IMG/VR virus record: IMGVR_UViG_2877251553_000003
Length of the DNA: 33,823 bases
DNA from: a virus
Taxonomy: Duplodnaviria; Heunggongvirae; Uroviricota; Caudoviricetes
Direction: 5' to 3' (one strand)
Each line of letters begins with the position of its first letter. Position 1 is the stretch's first letter. The translations under genes were made by a program, and so were the position numbers. The notes under the pieces were generated by a model, which was given only the letters and a program-made list of their open reading frames with translations, was not told the origin of the DNA and ran no database searches. This document shows positions 12,144 to 22,167 of this stretch, piece by piece.

Positions 12144-13007
12144 ATGAATAAATTAAAAAGACCTGTTTTTAAAGATTATTCTGCATTTAAAAAACTATCT
12201 GCAAATAAGAGATTAAAACATCATTCTGTTCTGAATGGACAGGATACATTTATACTTAATGCATATAGATCGTACATAAAGAATAAAGGGTATCTTAATG
12301 TCAATTCTTGTGGCGTATTGAGTAACAATATTGCTGAAGCTTTGAGATATTATTATAACAATCCCGCAAAGTGTTTATCTATAATTGATGATATAAGAGC
12401 AGCTAATTCTAACTCTCTATGTCCAATGTGTGGTTCAATGCATAGCGGGACTTTGGATCATGTTTTACCCAAGGAAAACTATCCAGAATTTTCTTTATTC
12501 ACTAAGAATTTGGTTCCTGCTTGCAAATGTAATACTTTCAAAAGTACTACTATAGCTAATTCTGCAGGCCATCGGATGCTGCATCCATATTTTGATAATA
12601 TATTAAAACAAAGATTAATATGTGCTAATTTTTCTAAATTAGGGCGAACACCTACAATTGATGTAAAAATCATAATTGACCCAATGTCACCAGAATATAA
12701 CAATGTTAAGTATCATCTTGATAATGTTGTTATCAAGAATAATATTAAGGGGTATTTGTCTGAACAATGGGAGTCGTTTTACTTATATCCTGAGCTTGTT
12801 ATTAGAGGACTGAATAAGAGTCTTTCTACTTATAGCGATGTATATGAGTTGTTGACTCGCGAGTTGTTGCTGTTGGATGAAAAACATAAAGGTAAAAATA
12901 ATTGGAATTCGGTTTTTGTAGCTGGGTTAATTCGACCTGATGTGATTAGGTGGATACTCTGTGAATTACATTTAGGTAACAGAAGTCCAGACGGTCGTCT
13001 CATATGA
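12144..13007 (+). CDS. HNH-family endonuclease, partner of the upstream ATPase
   Basis: CPMCGS...LDHVLPKENYP...NLVPACKCN fits the HNH pattern (CxxC, DH, N, CxC); starts right after the ATPase stop (alternative overlapping ATG at 12126). Confidence 0.75.
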   Translation: MNKLKRPVFKDYSAFKKLSANKRLKHHSVLNGQDTFILNAYRSYIKNKGYLNVNSCGVLSNNIAEALRYYYNNPAKCLSIIDDIRAANSNSLCPMCGSMHSGTLDHVLPKENYPEFSLFTKNLVPACKCNTFKSTTIANSAGHRMLHPYFDNILKQRLICANFSKLGRTPTIDVKIIIDPMSPEYNNVKYHLDNVVIKNNIKGYLSEQWESFYLYPELVIRGLNKSLSTYSDVYELLTRELLLLDEKHKGKNNWNSVFVAGLIRPDVIRWILCELHLGNRSPDGRLI

Positions 13008-13017
13008 TTTTTTGCAT

Positions 13018-13043
13018 CTTCAGCGTGTATCTGCACGCTGAAG
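13018..13043 (+). terminator. Perfect 10-bp inverted-repeat hairpin downstream of the HNH gene (possible terminator; weak T-tract)
   Basis: CTTCAGCGTG-tatctg-CACGCTGAAG. Confidence 0.4.
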
Positions 13044-13114
13044 AAATTCATAAAAACTGCTGCCTATTAATAAATTTTTTTAGCTGAGTTAAAGAACCTC
13101 ATTTAGTGATTACG

Positions 13115-14148
13115 TTAAGTAGCTAGTTTATAACTATCAAATTTAACAATGTTCTCACTTACCAATTTATTTATTTCCATCATTCTTTTTTGTAACGGTA
13201 TTAACTCGTTACGTACAAACACCAGGCTCGCCTTCTCCACATCCCCAAACCCCCGACATTATTAGGCATAATCCCCATCATTTGCGGTGGCACACGATGC
13301 GCCGCCATCATGTCATCCCGGCTCACGTTCTTGATGTTCAGAAACTCATCCTTCGCCGCGACTTCTGACAACGGGATGATCTGAAGCCCGTCCTTTTTGC
13401 CGTTAGGCGAGTACATAAACAGATTGCGGAAGTTACCTGGTCCTTTGGCGCTTTTCATCGCATTGCGGAGGTTGTTCACATCCTCCTGGTTTTGCGCGGC
13501 ATCGGTCATGTACATGATGAAGCCTGCATGACTGCCGTTAATGTAATACTATCGGCGGAACAGCGTGGCGGACTCGTTGAGCAGGGCTGACGGAATGGCA
13601 GAAAGGTAACCTGGCAGGCCGTAGATCTCTTGGTTGATGTCCGGTTCCATCAGATGAAAGATGCTTCCTTTCGTGAACTGATACGGCTGCGTGGTCATGC
13701 CGTATTGCACAAACCAGTAGGTATCCAGGTCTAATCCGCGTCGGGTGTATTTTGCCAGAGCAGGCTCAAGAGCGATGACCTATCCGAACCGGTTTGTGCG
13801 TTTCTCCAGGTAAGCGTTACCAAATACCAGATAATCCTGCACAAAACGTGAAAAAGCCTGCTGGCTGAGCAGCGGGTGAGGGATGTAGGTACTGATCAGA
13901 ATGTTGCATTTCACCGCAATTGGTGAACTGTGATGCACGGCGGCGCGGAAGGTGCGCGCCAGTCCGTCAAAACTCACTGGCGGCTCATACCAGCGATCTG
14001 TCTGTACGCATTCCACATAGTCCAGTAGTTCACGGCGGTCCAGAACCGGAACGGGATCGCCGAAGCTGAATGCTTCGGCTGAAGTCTGGTTTTTATGCTG
14101 GGTCTGTTTCGTCGCCGCAGCGCGGTTCTTCTTACTCTTTCCCATCAA
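13115..14148 (-). pseudogene. Q: P2 gpQ-type portal protein with two in-frame TAG codons and one C-terminal frame break
   Basis: MMGKSKKNRAAATKQ... N-terminus; TAG at 13780-13782 and 13549-13551 (as the reverse complement of cta) in the same frame as the flanking segments; a frame change near 13251-13260 extends the ORF to about 13115. Confidence 0.8.
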
Positions 14149-15910
14149 AAAATCTCCACAATATTGCTGGTATTGGCGGACTCGCCCTGCAGCGGTTCGT
14201 TAAACAGTGCGTGCATTGTTGCCCAGGCCAGATCGGCATGGCTGGCTTCTTCGCTGCGGCTGGCTTCATAGGTCGGGCGGTTGCCGCTGGCGGTGGTGGC
14301 GCGACGGATTGCCATGAATGACTGCGCAATGTCGGTGTGCCCGGCGTCAAACTCAAGACGGCGGTGGCTGATAATGTCGTAGGCCTTGAGTACCAGGGCG
14401 TTTTTAACGTTGGGGTTGTAGACAAACTCCCGGACGGCAGGAAAAAACGCTTTCACGTTCTCGTAAACCCGTGACCAACGCCGGTTGAGTCGATGCCGAT
14501 ATAGGTCACGTTGTACTGTTCAGTCAGTTTTTTGATGGCGTAAGCCTGGGCGCGAAAGTCCATTCCGCGCCACTGGTGACGCTCAAGAATGCGGAACTTA
14601 CCGCCTGGCACGGCTGGCGGTGCCACCACCACGCATCCGGCGCTGTCGCCGTTCTGCGTACCTTTTGCCGGGTCATAACCGATCCACACTTCGCGCCAGC
14701 CAAACGGGCGCAGGGCCAGTGCATGAAAGTCGGTCCAGACTTCCCAGCTGTCCACCATGCACGCCTGCAATTCGCTGAGCGGGAACACGGACGCGAGATC
14801 GTCCACGAACTCGCACATCAGCAGGTTCTGGTATTCGTCAGGGCTGTACTCCATGCGCAACTGGTCAAGGTCGAACAGGTTACAGGCGCCGCGCACCGCA
14901 TCTTCCACGGTGACTATCTGGCGGTATTGCCCGTCTGCGCACAGCAGGCCGGGGGCCAGATTGCTGTGGGACAGGTCGATGTCCACCTTGTCAGCTTTGT
15001 TGCGCCCACGGTTGAACAGCGCACCGGACCAGAACGGATAAGCACTGTGGGTCAGACTGGATGGTGTGGAAAAATAGGTCTGCCGCCATTTCTTGTGAAT
15101 AGCCATACCAGAAGCCACTTTGCGTAGCTCCTGAAATTTCGGTATCCAGAAATATTCATCCAGATACAGGTTACCGTGATAACTCTGGGCAGTGCGGGCA
15201 TTGGTGCCGAGGAAATACAGTGTGGCCCCGTTGGGAAGCACCATCGGATCGCCTTTCAGCTCCACCTCCACTTCTTTGGCAAAGTCGATGATGTACTGTT
15301 TGAAGACGTGGGCCTGTGCCTTACTGGCAGAAAGGAAAATCTGGTTACGTCCGGTAAGCAGGGCGTCAATCAGGGCTTCACGGGCAAAATAGAAGGTCGC
15401 GCCGATCTGGCGTGACTTCAGCAGGTTGCGGATGCGGTTGGTTTTTCCGGCTTCCCACCAGTGGCGCTGGTAGTTGAACATGGAGGAATGGAAATTTTTT
15501 TCCAGCTTCTCAATCTGGTCATCGGTGAAAACATTCTTTTCAGGCTGACGGCGTGGGCCTTTGTTGCGGTTGGCGACGTTAGGGTTTAAGTCGGCTTCGT
15601 TGCCGCCATTGTTAAACTTGCCGATCCGCGCGTGGCGCTCAGACTGGCGCGCCAGCAGGTCAATATCTTTGAAATCTTTCCCTTCTTTGTGCTCCTTCAT
15701 GATGAGCTGGCAGTAGCGTGCGGCGGTGGTGAGCTGCATCTGATCCAGAGGCCCATAGTCACCCCACTTGTCGCGTTTTTTCCAGCTGTAAACGGTTGCA
15801 ACTTTCTCGCCCAGCATTTCAGCAATGCGGGCTACGCGGTATCCCTGAAAGTACAGCAGCATGGCCTGCCGACGGGGATCGAGATCTGCGGGTGTCAGTG
15901 TGGTGTTCAT
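14145..15910 (-). CDS. P: P2 gpP-type terminase large subunit; single frame break near 14468-14470
   Basis: Track ORFs 14453-15910 and 14145-14456 join as ...IGIDSTGVGHG|VYENVKAFFPAVREF... if one G is restored. Confidence 0.85.
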
Positions 15911-15946
15911 GGCACAAACCTACAGCCTTGAATGAAGGCTTTCCCC

Positions 15947-15964
15947 GCCTGCGGTTTGTGTGGT
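15947..15964. promoter_or_regulatory. TGT-N12-ACA dyad (P2 late-activator/Ogr box) in the divergent P/O late promoter region
   Basis: TGTgtggttgtcggtACA about 90 bp upstream of the O start codon. Confidence 0.5.
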
Positions 15965-16052
15965 TGTCGGTACAAATACCGCGCATTGTTTCACTGCCCC
16001 TATCACCGCAACCATAAGGCTCCAGTAAGTTTTTTCTAACGGAGCACGGCTC

Positions 16053-16886
16053 ATGACAGTGAAAGCAAAGCGTTTTCGCATCGGGGTGGAAGGTGCCACC
16101 ACCGACGGACGCGAAATCCAGCGTGAATGGCTGGAACAGATGGCAGCCAGCTATAACCCGGCGGTGTATACCGCGCTGATTAACCTTGAGCACATCAAGT
16201 CTTATCTGCCGGACAGCACCTTTAACCGCTACGGCAAGGTGACGGCGCTGTTTGCTGAAGAAATCACGGAAGGTCCGCTGGCAGGCAAGATGGCGCTGTA
16301 TGCTGACGTTGAGCCAACGGAGTCCCTGGTGGAACTGGTGAAAAAAGGCCAGAAATTATTCACCTCTATGGAAGTCAGCCCGAAGTTCGCTGATACGGGC
16401 AAAGCCTACCTGGTCGGCCTGGCTGCCACTGATGACCCTGCCAGTCTGGGCACTGAAATGCTGACATTCAGCGCCAGTGCAGCCCATAACCCGCTGGCAA
16501 ACCGCAAGCAGAATCCCGCCAATCTCTTTACCGCCGCAGAGGAAACGGTGATCGAACTGGAAGAAGTCCAGGACGACAAACCGTCCCTGTTTGCCCGCGT
16601 CACGGCGCTGTTTACCAAAAAAGAGCAGTCCGATGACGCCCGGTTCTCTGATGTGCATAAGGCCGTGGAGCTGGTCGCCACTGAGCAGCAGAACCTGAGC
16701 GCACGCACCGAAAAATCCCTGTCTGAGCAGGAAGAACGCCTGTCTGAGCTGGAGACTGCCCTGCAGGCACAGCAAACCGCCTTTAACGAACTGGTGGACA
16801 AGCTGAGTCATGAAGACAGCCGCCAGGACTACCGCCAGCGTGCAACAGGCGGTAACGCCCCCGCTGACACTCTGACCAATTGCTGA
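16053..16886 (+). CDS. O: gpO capsid scaffolding protein
   Basis: 277-aa ORF in the P2 position after divergent P; acidic coiled-coil C-terminal half. Confidence 0.85.
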   Translation: MTVKAKRFRIGVEGATTDGREIQREWLEQMAASYNPAVYTALINLEHIKSYLPDSTFNRYGKVTALFAEEITEGPLAGKMALYADVEPTESLVELVKKGQKLFTSMEVSPKFADTGKAYLVGLAATDDPASLGTEMLTFSASAAHNPLANRKQNPANLFTAAEETVIELEEVQDDKPSLFARVTALFTKKEQSDDARFSDVHKAVELVATEQQNLSARTEKSLSEQEERLSELETALQAQQTAFNELVDKLSHEDSRQDYRQRATGGNAPADTLTNC

Positions 16887-16902
16887 TGGAGCACAAAACC
16901 TG

Positions 16903-17961
16903 ATGAAGAAGAATACCCGCTTTGCTTTTAACGCTTACCTGCAGCAACTGGCGCGTCTGAACGGTGTGGCAGTTGAAGAACTGTCCAGCAAGTTCACCGT
17001 AGAGCCGTCCGTGCAGCAGACGCTGGAAGACCAGATCCAGCAGTCCGCCGCTTTCCTGACTCTGATTAACGTCACGCCAGTGACTGAGCAGTCCGGTCAG
17101 CTGCTGGGGTTGGGAGTTGGCAGCACCATTGCCGGAACCACTGATACCACTGCGAAAGAGCGTGAACCTGTCGATCCGACGCTGATGGTCGATGTGGAAT
17201 ATAAATGCGAGCAGACCAACTTTGACACGGTGCTGACCTACGCGAAGCTGGACCTGTGGGCGAAGTTTCAGGATTTTCAGGTGCGTATCCGTGACGCCAT
17301 CGTGAAACGTCAGGCACTGGACCGCATCATGATCGGCTTTAATGGCGTGAAGCGTGCGAAAACCTCCAACCGTAGCGAAAACCCGCTGCTGCAGGATGTG
17401 AATAAAGGCTGGCTGCAGAAAATCCGTGAGGATGCACCGGATCACGTCATGGGCAGCACCACCACGGGCGGTGAAACCACACCGGGCGCAGTGAAAGTCG
17501 GGAAAGGTGGCGAATATGCCAACCTGGACGCCGTGGTGATGGATGCCGTCAATGAGCTTATCGACGTGGTCTACCAGGACGATGACGATCTGGTGGTGAT
17601 TTGCGGTCGTGAACTGCTGTCTGACAAGTATTTCCCGCTGGTCAACAAAGAGCAGGAAAACAGTGAAAAACTGGCTGCCGATATGATCATCAGTCAGAAA
17701 CGCATGGGTGGCCTGCAGGCCGTGCGTGCGCCGTTCTTCCCGCCGAATGCGCTGCTGATCACCCGTCTGGATAACCTGTCCATCTACTGGCAGGAAGACA
17801 CCCGCCGCCGTTCAGTTATCGACAACCCGAAACGTGACCGGATTGAAAACTTTGAATCCGTTAACGAAGCCTATGTGGTTGAGGACTACCGCTGCGCCGC
17901 ACTGGTGGAAAACATCCAGATTAGTGATTTCAGCGCCGCCGCAGCCGAAACCGGAGCGTAA
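16903..17961 (+). CDS. N: gpN major capsid protein
   Basis: 352-aa ORF with extensive similarity to P2 gpN as recalled (RFAFNAYL, FNGVKRA, VGKGGEYANLDA). Confidence 0.9.
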   Translation: MKKNTRFAFNAYLQQLARLNGVAVEELSSKFTVEPSVQQTLEDQIQQSAAFLTLINVTPVTEQSGQLLGLGVGSTIAGTTDTTAKEREPVDPTLMVDVEYKCEQTNFDTVLTYAKLDLWAKFQDFQVRIRDAIVKRQALDRIMIGFNGVKRAKTSNRSENPLLQDVNKGWLQKIREDAPDHVMGSTTTGGETTPGAVKVGKGGEYANLDAVVMDAVNELIDVVYQDDDDLVVICGRELLSDKYFPLVNKEQENSEKLAADMIISQKRMGGLQAVRAPFFPPNALLITRLDNLSIYWQEDTRRRSVIDNPKRDRIENFESVNEAYVVEDYRCAALVENIQISDFSAAAAETGA

Positions 17962-17964
17962 TCC

Positions 17965-18615
17965 ATGAGCCTGAGTCCCGCACGGCAGCATCGCCTGCGC
18001 GTTCAGGCTGAACAGGCCGCCCGTGAGGGTGGCAGTGTTCGCCACGCATCGGGCTATGACCTGATGCTGCTGCAACTGGCGGAAGACCGCCGCCGTCTCA
18101 AGGGCGTTCAGTCCACGGTCAAAAAAGCGGAAATCAAAGTGGAGCTGCTGCCGAAGTACGCCGCCTGGGCGGAGGGTGTCCTGGCTGCCGGAGGCGCTCA
18201 ACAGGATGACGTGCTGATGTACGTGATGTTGTGGCGCATTGATGCCGGAGATTATGCCGGGGCGCTGGAGATCTGGCGTCATGCCCTGCGTCATGGATGG
18301 GTGATGCCGCTGGGCAACCGCAACGTGCAGACCGTGCTGACAGAGGAAATGGCAGATGCAGCGCAGAGCGCAATGCTTGCCGCCACCGGCTTTGATGCCG
18401 ATCTGTTGCTGCAGACGCTGGAGCTGACAGACGGTCTGGATATGCCGGACCAGTCACGGGCACGTCTGCATAAAGCGATTGGCGCGGTCCTGAGTGAAAG
18501 CAATCCGGCTTCCGCCCTTAATCATCTCAACCATGCGTTACAGCTCGATCCCCGCTGTGGCGTGAAAAAAGACAAACAGCAGCTGGAGCGCAGACTGCGC
18601 AATGACAGCCGCTGA
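17965..18615 (+). CDS. M: gpM terminase small subunit
   Basis: 216-aa ORF similar to P2 gpM (QDDVLMYVMLWRID, LELTDGLDMPD). Confidence 0.8.
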   Translation: MSLSPARQHRLRVQAEQAAREGGSVRHASGYDLMLLQLAEDRRRLKGVQSTVKKAEIKVELLPKYAAWAEGVLAAGGAQQDDVLMYVMLWRIDAGDYAGALEIWRHALRHGWVMPLGNRNVQTVLTEEMADAAQSAMLAATGFDADLLLQTLELTDGLDMPDQSRARLHKAIGAVLSESNPASALNHLNHALQLDPRCGVKKDKQQLERRLRNDSR

Positions 18616-18710
18616 CAGAACGTGCCCCCGCGCACGGGCGGCACGGGGTGGCGAAAGGCACAGCCACATCAAAACCCCGTCCACCGCCCTTTATTTCAGG
18701 AGAAAGCAGC

Positions 18711-19157
18711 ATGAAGTTTGTTGCGCCAGAACAGGCACCGGAACAGGCGGAAATCATTAGAAATACGCCGTTCTGGCCTGATGTGGACCTGTCGGAGTTT
18801 CGCAGTGTCATGCGCACTGACGGCACGGTGACGCAGCCGCGTTTAAAGTAGGTTGCACTGTCGGCAATTTCGGAGGTTAACGCAGAGCTGTATGAATTTC
18901 GCAGACGCCAGCAGATGCTGGGGTATGCGTCGGAACAGCTGGACGGGAAAAGTGAGCGCATTCAGCACTATTTCAACGCGGTTTACTGCTGGGCTCGCGC
19001 CATGCTCAACGAACGTTTCCAGGACTATGACGCCACGGCATCCGGTGCGAAGCGGGGCGAAGAACTGGCGGAAGCAAGCGGTGATTTGTGGCGTGACGCC
19101 CGCTGGGCCATCAGCCGGGTGCAGGACGCGCCGCACTGCACAGTGGAGCTTATCTGA
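18711..19157 (+). pseudogene. L: gpL head completion protein with an in-frame TAG at 18849-18851
   Basis: MKFVAPEQ... and ...NAELYEFRRRQ...CTVELI lie in the same frame either side of the TAG; RBS GGAGAAAG before the ATG. Confidence 0.75.
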
Positions 19158-19360
19158 TGAAAGTGCGTGCGCATCAGTATGACACGGTGGACGCGCTTTG
19201 CTGGCGTCATTACGGGCGCACGCAGGGTGTCACGGAGCAGGTACTGAAGGCAAATCCGGGGCTTGCCGAATACGGCCCCTTTGTACCTCACGGGCTGCAG
19301 GTGGAGCTGCCGGACATTCCGACCACCACCACCGTGCAGACCGTCCAGCTATGGGACTGA
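19157..19360 (+). CDS. X: gpX tail protein X
   Basis: 67-aa ORF similar to P2 gpX (DTVDALCWRHYGRT, ANPGLAE). Confidence 0.8.
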   Translation: MKVRAHQYDTVDALCWRHYGRTQGVTEQVLKANPGLAEYGPFVPHGLQVELPDIPTTTTVQTVQLWD

Positions 19361-19363
19361 ATT

Positions 19364-19579
19364 ATGACGCTTGAGCGAATCAGCGCCTTTATCACGTATT
19401 GCATCGCCGTCGTGCTGGCCTGGCTGGGCGATTTGTCCATCAAGGATGCCTCAACGCTGGGCGGCCTGATGATTGGTGTGCTGATGCTGGCTATCAACTG
19501 GTACTACAAACACAAAGCCTACCAGCTTCTGCGCGACGGGCAGATCTCGCGGGAGGACTATGAATCCATCAATCGTTAA
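19364..19579 (+). CDS. Holin (small two-TM membrane protein)
   Basis: 71 aa, two hydrophobic segments, charged C-terminus, directly before the endolysin. Confidence 0.55.
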   Translation: MTLERISAFITYCIAVVLAWLGDLSIKDASTLGGLMIGVLMLAINWYYKHKAYQLLRDGQISREDYESINR

Positions 19580-20072
19580 ACGCTGCCTTGTCGGGGCCGT
19601 GCTGGCTATTGCTGCCACGCTGCCGGGTTTTCAGCAGCTTCACACCTCCGTGGAGGGACTGAAACTGATTGCCGATTACGAAGGTTGTCGTCTGCAGCCG
19701 TATCAGTGCAGCGCGGGTGTCTGGACCGACGGTATTGGTAATACGTCGGGCGTCATTCCCGGCAAAACCATTACGGAGCGACAGGCAGCAGAAGGGCTGA
19801 TCTCCAACGTGCTGCGTGTGGAGCGGGCGCTTGAAAGGTGTGTGAAGCAACAGCCGCCGCAGAAGGTGTATGACGCTGCGGTGTCGTTTGCCTTCAACGT
19901 GGGTACGGGCAATGCCTGCAGTTCCACGCTGGTGAAATTGCTCAATCAGCGGCGCTGGGCGGATGCGTGCCGACAGTTGCCGCGCTGGGTTTATGTGAAA
20001 GGTGTTTTTAATCAGGGGCTGGATAACCGCCGTGCGCGGGAGATGGCCTGGTGTTTACAGGGAGCAAACTGA
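19560..20072 (+). CDS. Endolysin (lysozyme-type, with N-terminal signal-anchor)
   Basis: N-terminal hydrophobic segment then EGLKLIADYEGCRLQPYQCSAGVWTDGIGNT (lysozyme catalytic region pattern). Confidence 0.8.
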   Translation: MNPSIVKRCLVGAVLAIAATLPGFQQLHTSVEGLKLIADYEGCRLQPYQCSAGVWTDGIGNTSGVIPGKTITERQAAEGLISNVLRVERALERCVKQQPPQKVYDAAVSFAFNVGTGNACSSTLVKLLNQRRWADACRQLPRWVYVKGVFNQGLDNRRAREMAWCLQGAN

Positions 20073-20073
20073 A

Positions 20074-20451
20074 ATGAAAAAGAAATTAATCAGCGGGCTG
20101 TTTCTGATGTTATGGATGGCGCTGTTAATCGCAGCAATAGTGTATCCGCAGGGGATTTTTCCGGTACTGGCAGCGTCCGGCGTTTGGGTAGCCTGTTTAC
20201 TGACATGGGCGGTAATTCCGGTAGCACTGGCTTCGTTAATTAAGAATGGCCCGCTCTGGCAGGAGTTGAGGGCATCTTTACTGAAGACAATTACCCGAAA
20301 AGAAAACGTATTTATCAGCTGGGTGATACGATTGCTGATTGTCGTCAGTCTCGCCTGGACGGGGTGGGCCATTACCCTGGTCTTTTATCTGCTGACCGTT
20401 ATTGCCTTCTGGATCACCCGTAATCAGATGGCGCAACAGGTAGCCGCATGA
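20074..20451 (+). CDS. lysA: LysA-like membrane protein
   Basis: About 125 aa with four hydrophobic segments in the P2 lysA position. Confidence 0.6.
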   Translation: MKKKLISGLFLMLWMALLIAAIVYPQGIFPVLAASGVWVACLLTWAVIPVALASLIKNGPLWQELRASLLKTITRKENVFISWVIRLLIVVSLAWTGWAITLVFYLLTVIAFWITRNQMAQQVAA

Positions 20452-20876
20452 ACCGGTTGCTGCTGGTTGTGCTGGCGTTATTATTGGCGGCGCTGGGCTG
20501 GCAGACGTGGCGGCTGGCTGATGCCAGCCAGACCATCAGCACGCAGGCAGACGAGCTGCAGAGCAAAAGCCAGGCACTGGCAAAGAGCAACAGCCAGCTT
20601 ATCAGCCTGTCCATTCTGACTGAAACCAATAACCGGGAGCAGGCGCGGCTCTATGCCGAAGCAGAACAGACCAGTGTACTGCTGAGACAACGACAACGCC
20701 GGATTGAGGAACTGAAACGTGAGAACGAGGATTTACGTCGCTGGGCTGATACTCCTTTGCCTGCTGACATTATCCGGCTGCGGGAACGTCCGGCACTCAC
20801 CGGAGGTGCAGCTTACCGTCAGTGGTTGTCCGCGAGTGACGCCGTGTCGGCTGGAGCAGGCAGCGCCGCGCACTAA
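20448..20876 (+). CDS. lysB: LysB (Rz-like i-spanin)
   Basis: N-terminal TM then coiled-coil; overlaps lysC. Confidence 0.7.
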   Translation: MNRLLLVVLALLLAALGWQTWRLADASQTISTQADELQSKSQALAKSNSQLISLSILTETNNREQARLYAEAEQTSVLLRQRQRRIEELKRENEDLRRWADTPLPADIIRLRERPALTGGAAYRQWLSASDAVSAGAGSAAH

Positions 20877-21009
20877 CGGTGATCTGAATGCGTTGCTGGA
20901 TGAAACGGAGGCCGCCTGGGCGGTCTGTGCAGACAAAGTGGACATGATTATTGCGTGTCAGGAGCGAAATAGTGAACAAACCACAATCCCTGCGCCACGC
21001 CCTCAATAA
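20719..21009 (+). CDS. lysC: LysC (Rz1-like o-spanin lipoprotein)
   Basis: Lipobox LTLSGC, Pro-rich, begins inside lysB in another frame. Confidence 0.7.
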   Translation: MRTRIYVAGLILLCLLTLSGCGNVRHSPEVQLTVSGCPRVTPCRLEQAAPRTNGDLNALLDETEAAWAVCADKVDMIIACQERNSEQTTIPAPRPQ

Positions 21010-21403
21010 AGCAGTGCCTTATGTCCGTAATAACCCGGACAAACTGCATCTGTTTGTGGATAACGGTTCGCTGGTTGCCTCCGGGGCTAGCTCCATGTCA
21101 TGGGAGTACCGCTACACCCTGAACGTGGTGATTGAAGATTTCAGCGGCGACCAGAATCTGCTGATGGCCCCGGTTTTGCTGTGGCTGCGGGATAACCAGC
21201 CCGATGCGATCAATAACCCGGCGTTACGGGAAAAGCTATTCACCTTTGAGGTGGATATTCTGCGCAACGATGTCTGTGATATCAGCCTTAACCTGCAACT
21301 GACGGAGCGTGTGCTGGTCAGCACTGACGGCAGTGTGTCGAACGTTGAAGCGGTAGCGGAACCTGATGAACCTGAAGAAATGTGGACGGTGAAACGTGGC
21401 TGA
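20972..21403 (+). CDS. R: gpR tail completion protein
   Basis: Similarity to P2 gpR (FVDNGS, RYTLNVV, WLRDNQPD); GTG start at 20972 preferred over TTG at 20951. Confidence 0.75.
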   Translation: MNKPQSLRHALNKAVPYVRNNPDKLHLFVDNGSLVASGASSMSWEYRYTLNVVIEDFSGDQNLLMAPVLLWLRDNQPDAINNPALREKLFTFEVDILRNDVCDISLNLQLTERVLVSTDGSVSNVEAVAEPDEPEEMWTVKRG

Positions 21404-21792
21404 ATTGCAGAAGGTGGACGACTGGCTGAGTGCATTATTGGCGAATCTGGAGCCAGCCGCAAGAAGCCGCATGATGCGCCAGCTGGCGCAGGAACTGCGC
21501 CGGACACAGCAGCAGAATATCAGGATGCAGCGCAATCCAGATGGCAGCAGTTATGAGCCGCGCAGGGTAACAGCACGCAGCAAAAAGGGGCGCATCAAAC
21601 GTCAGATGTTTACAAAGCTGCGCACCACAAAATACCTGAAAACTGCAGCCAGCGCCGATTCTGCCAGCGTACAGTTTGAAGGTAGGGTGCAGCGCATTGC
21701 CCGTATTCACCATTACGGCTTGAGTGATCGCGTCAGTCGAAAAGGTATTTATACCATCTATGCGAAAAGGCAGTTATTAGGTTTTAATGTCC
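21396..21792 (+). pseudogene. S: gpS tail completion protein, 3'-truncated by IS1 copy 2
   Basis: PAARSRMMRQLA...QQQNIRMQRNPDGS matches P2 gpS; the ORF stop is created inside the IS1 end. Confidence 0.75.
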
Positions 21793-21847
21793 GGTAATGC
21801 TGCCAACTTACTGATTTAGTGTATGATGGTGATTTTAAGGTGCTTGC

Positions 21848-22123
21848 GTGGCTTCCATTTCCATCAGATGTCCTTCCTGCTCCGCTATTGAAGGCGTGGT
21901 GCGTAACGGCAAAAGAACTGCCGGACATCAGCGCTATCTCTGCTCTCATTGCCGTAAAACATGGCAACTACAGTTCACTTACACCGCCTCTCAGCCCGGT
22001 ACGCACCAGAAAATCATTGATATGGCCATGAATGGCGTCGGATGTCGCGCCAGTGCACGCATTATGGGCGTTGGCCTCAACACGGTTTTACGTCACTTAA
22101 AAAACTCAGGCCGCAGTCGGTAA
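21848..22123 (+). CDS. insA: IS1 InsA
   Basis: 91 aa, 8 substitutions relative to the copy-1 InsA. Confidence 0.9.
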   Translation: MASISIRCPSCSAIEGVVRNGKRTAGHQRYLCSHCRKTWQLQFTYTASQPGTHQKIIDMAMNGVGCRASARIMGVGLNTVLRHLKNSGRSR

Positions 22124-22167
22124 CCTCGCGCATACAACCGGGCAGTGATGTGATTGTCTGCGCTGAA

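Noticed and set aside
12479-13051. Minus-strand ORFs inside the AT-rich cargo island (12479-12703, 12830-13051)
   Set aside because: They lie antisense to the HNH gene, lack an RBS and have low-complexity translations; considered spurious.
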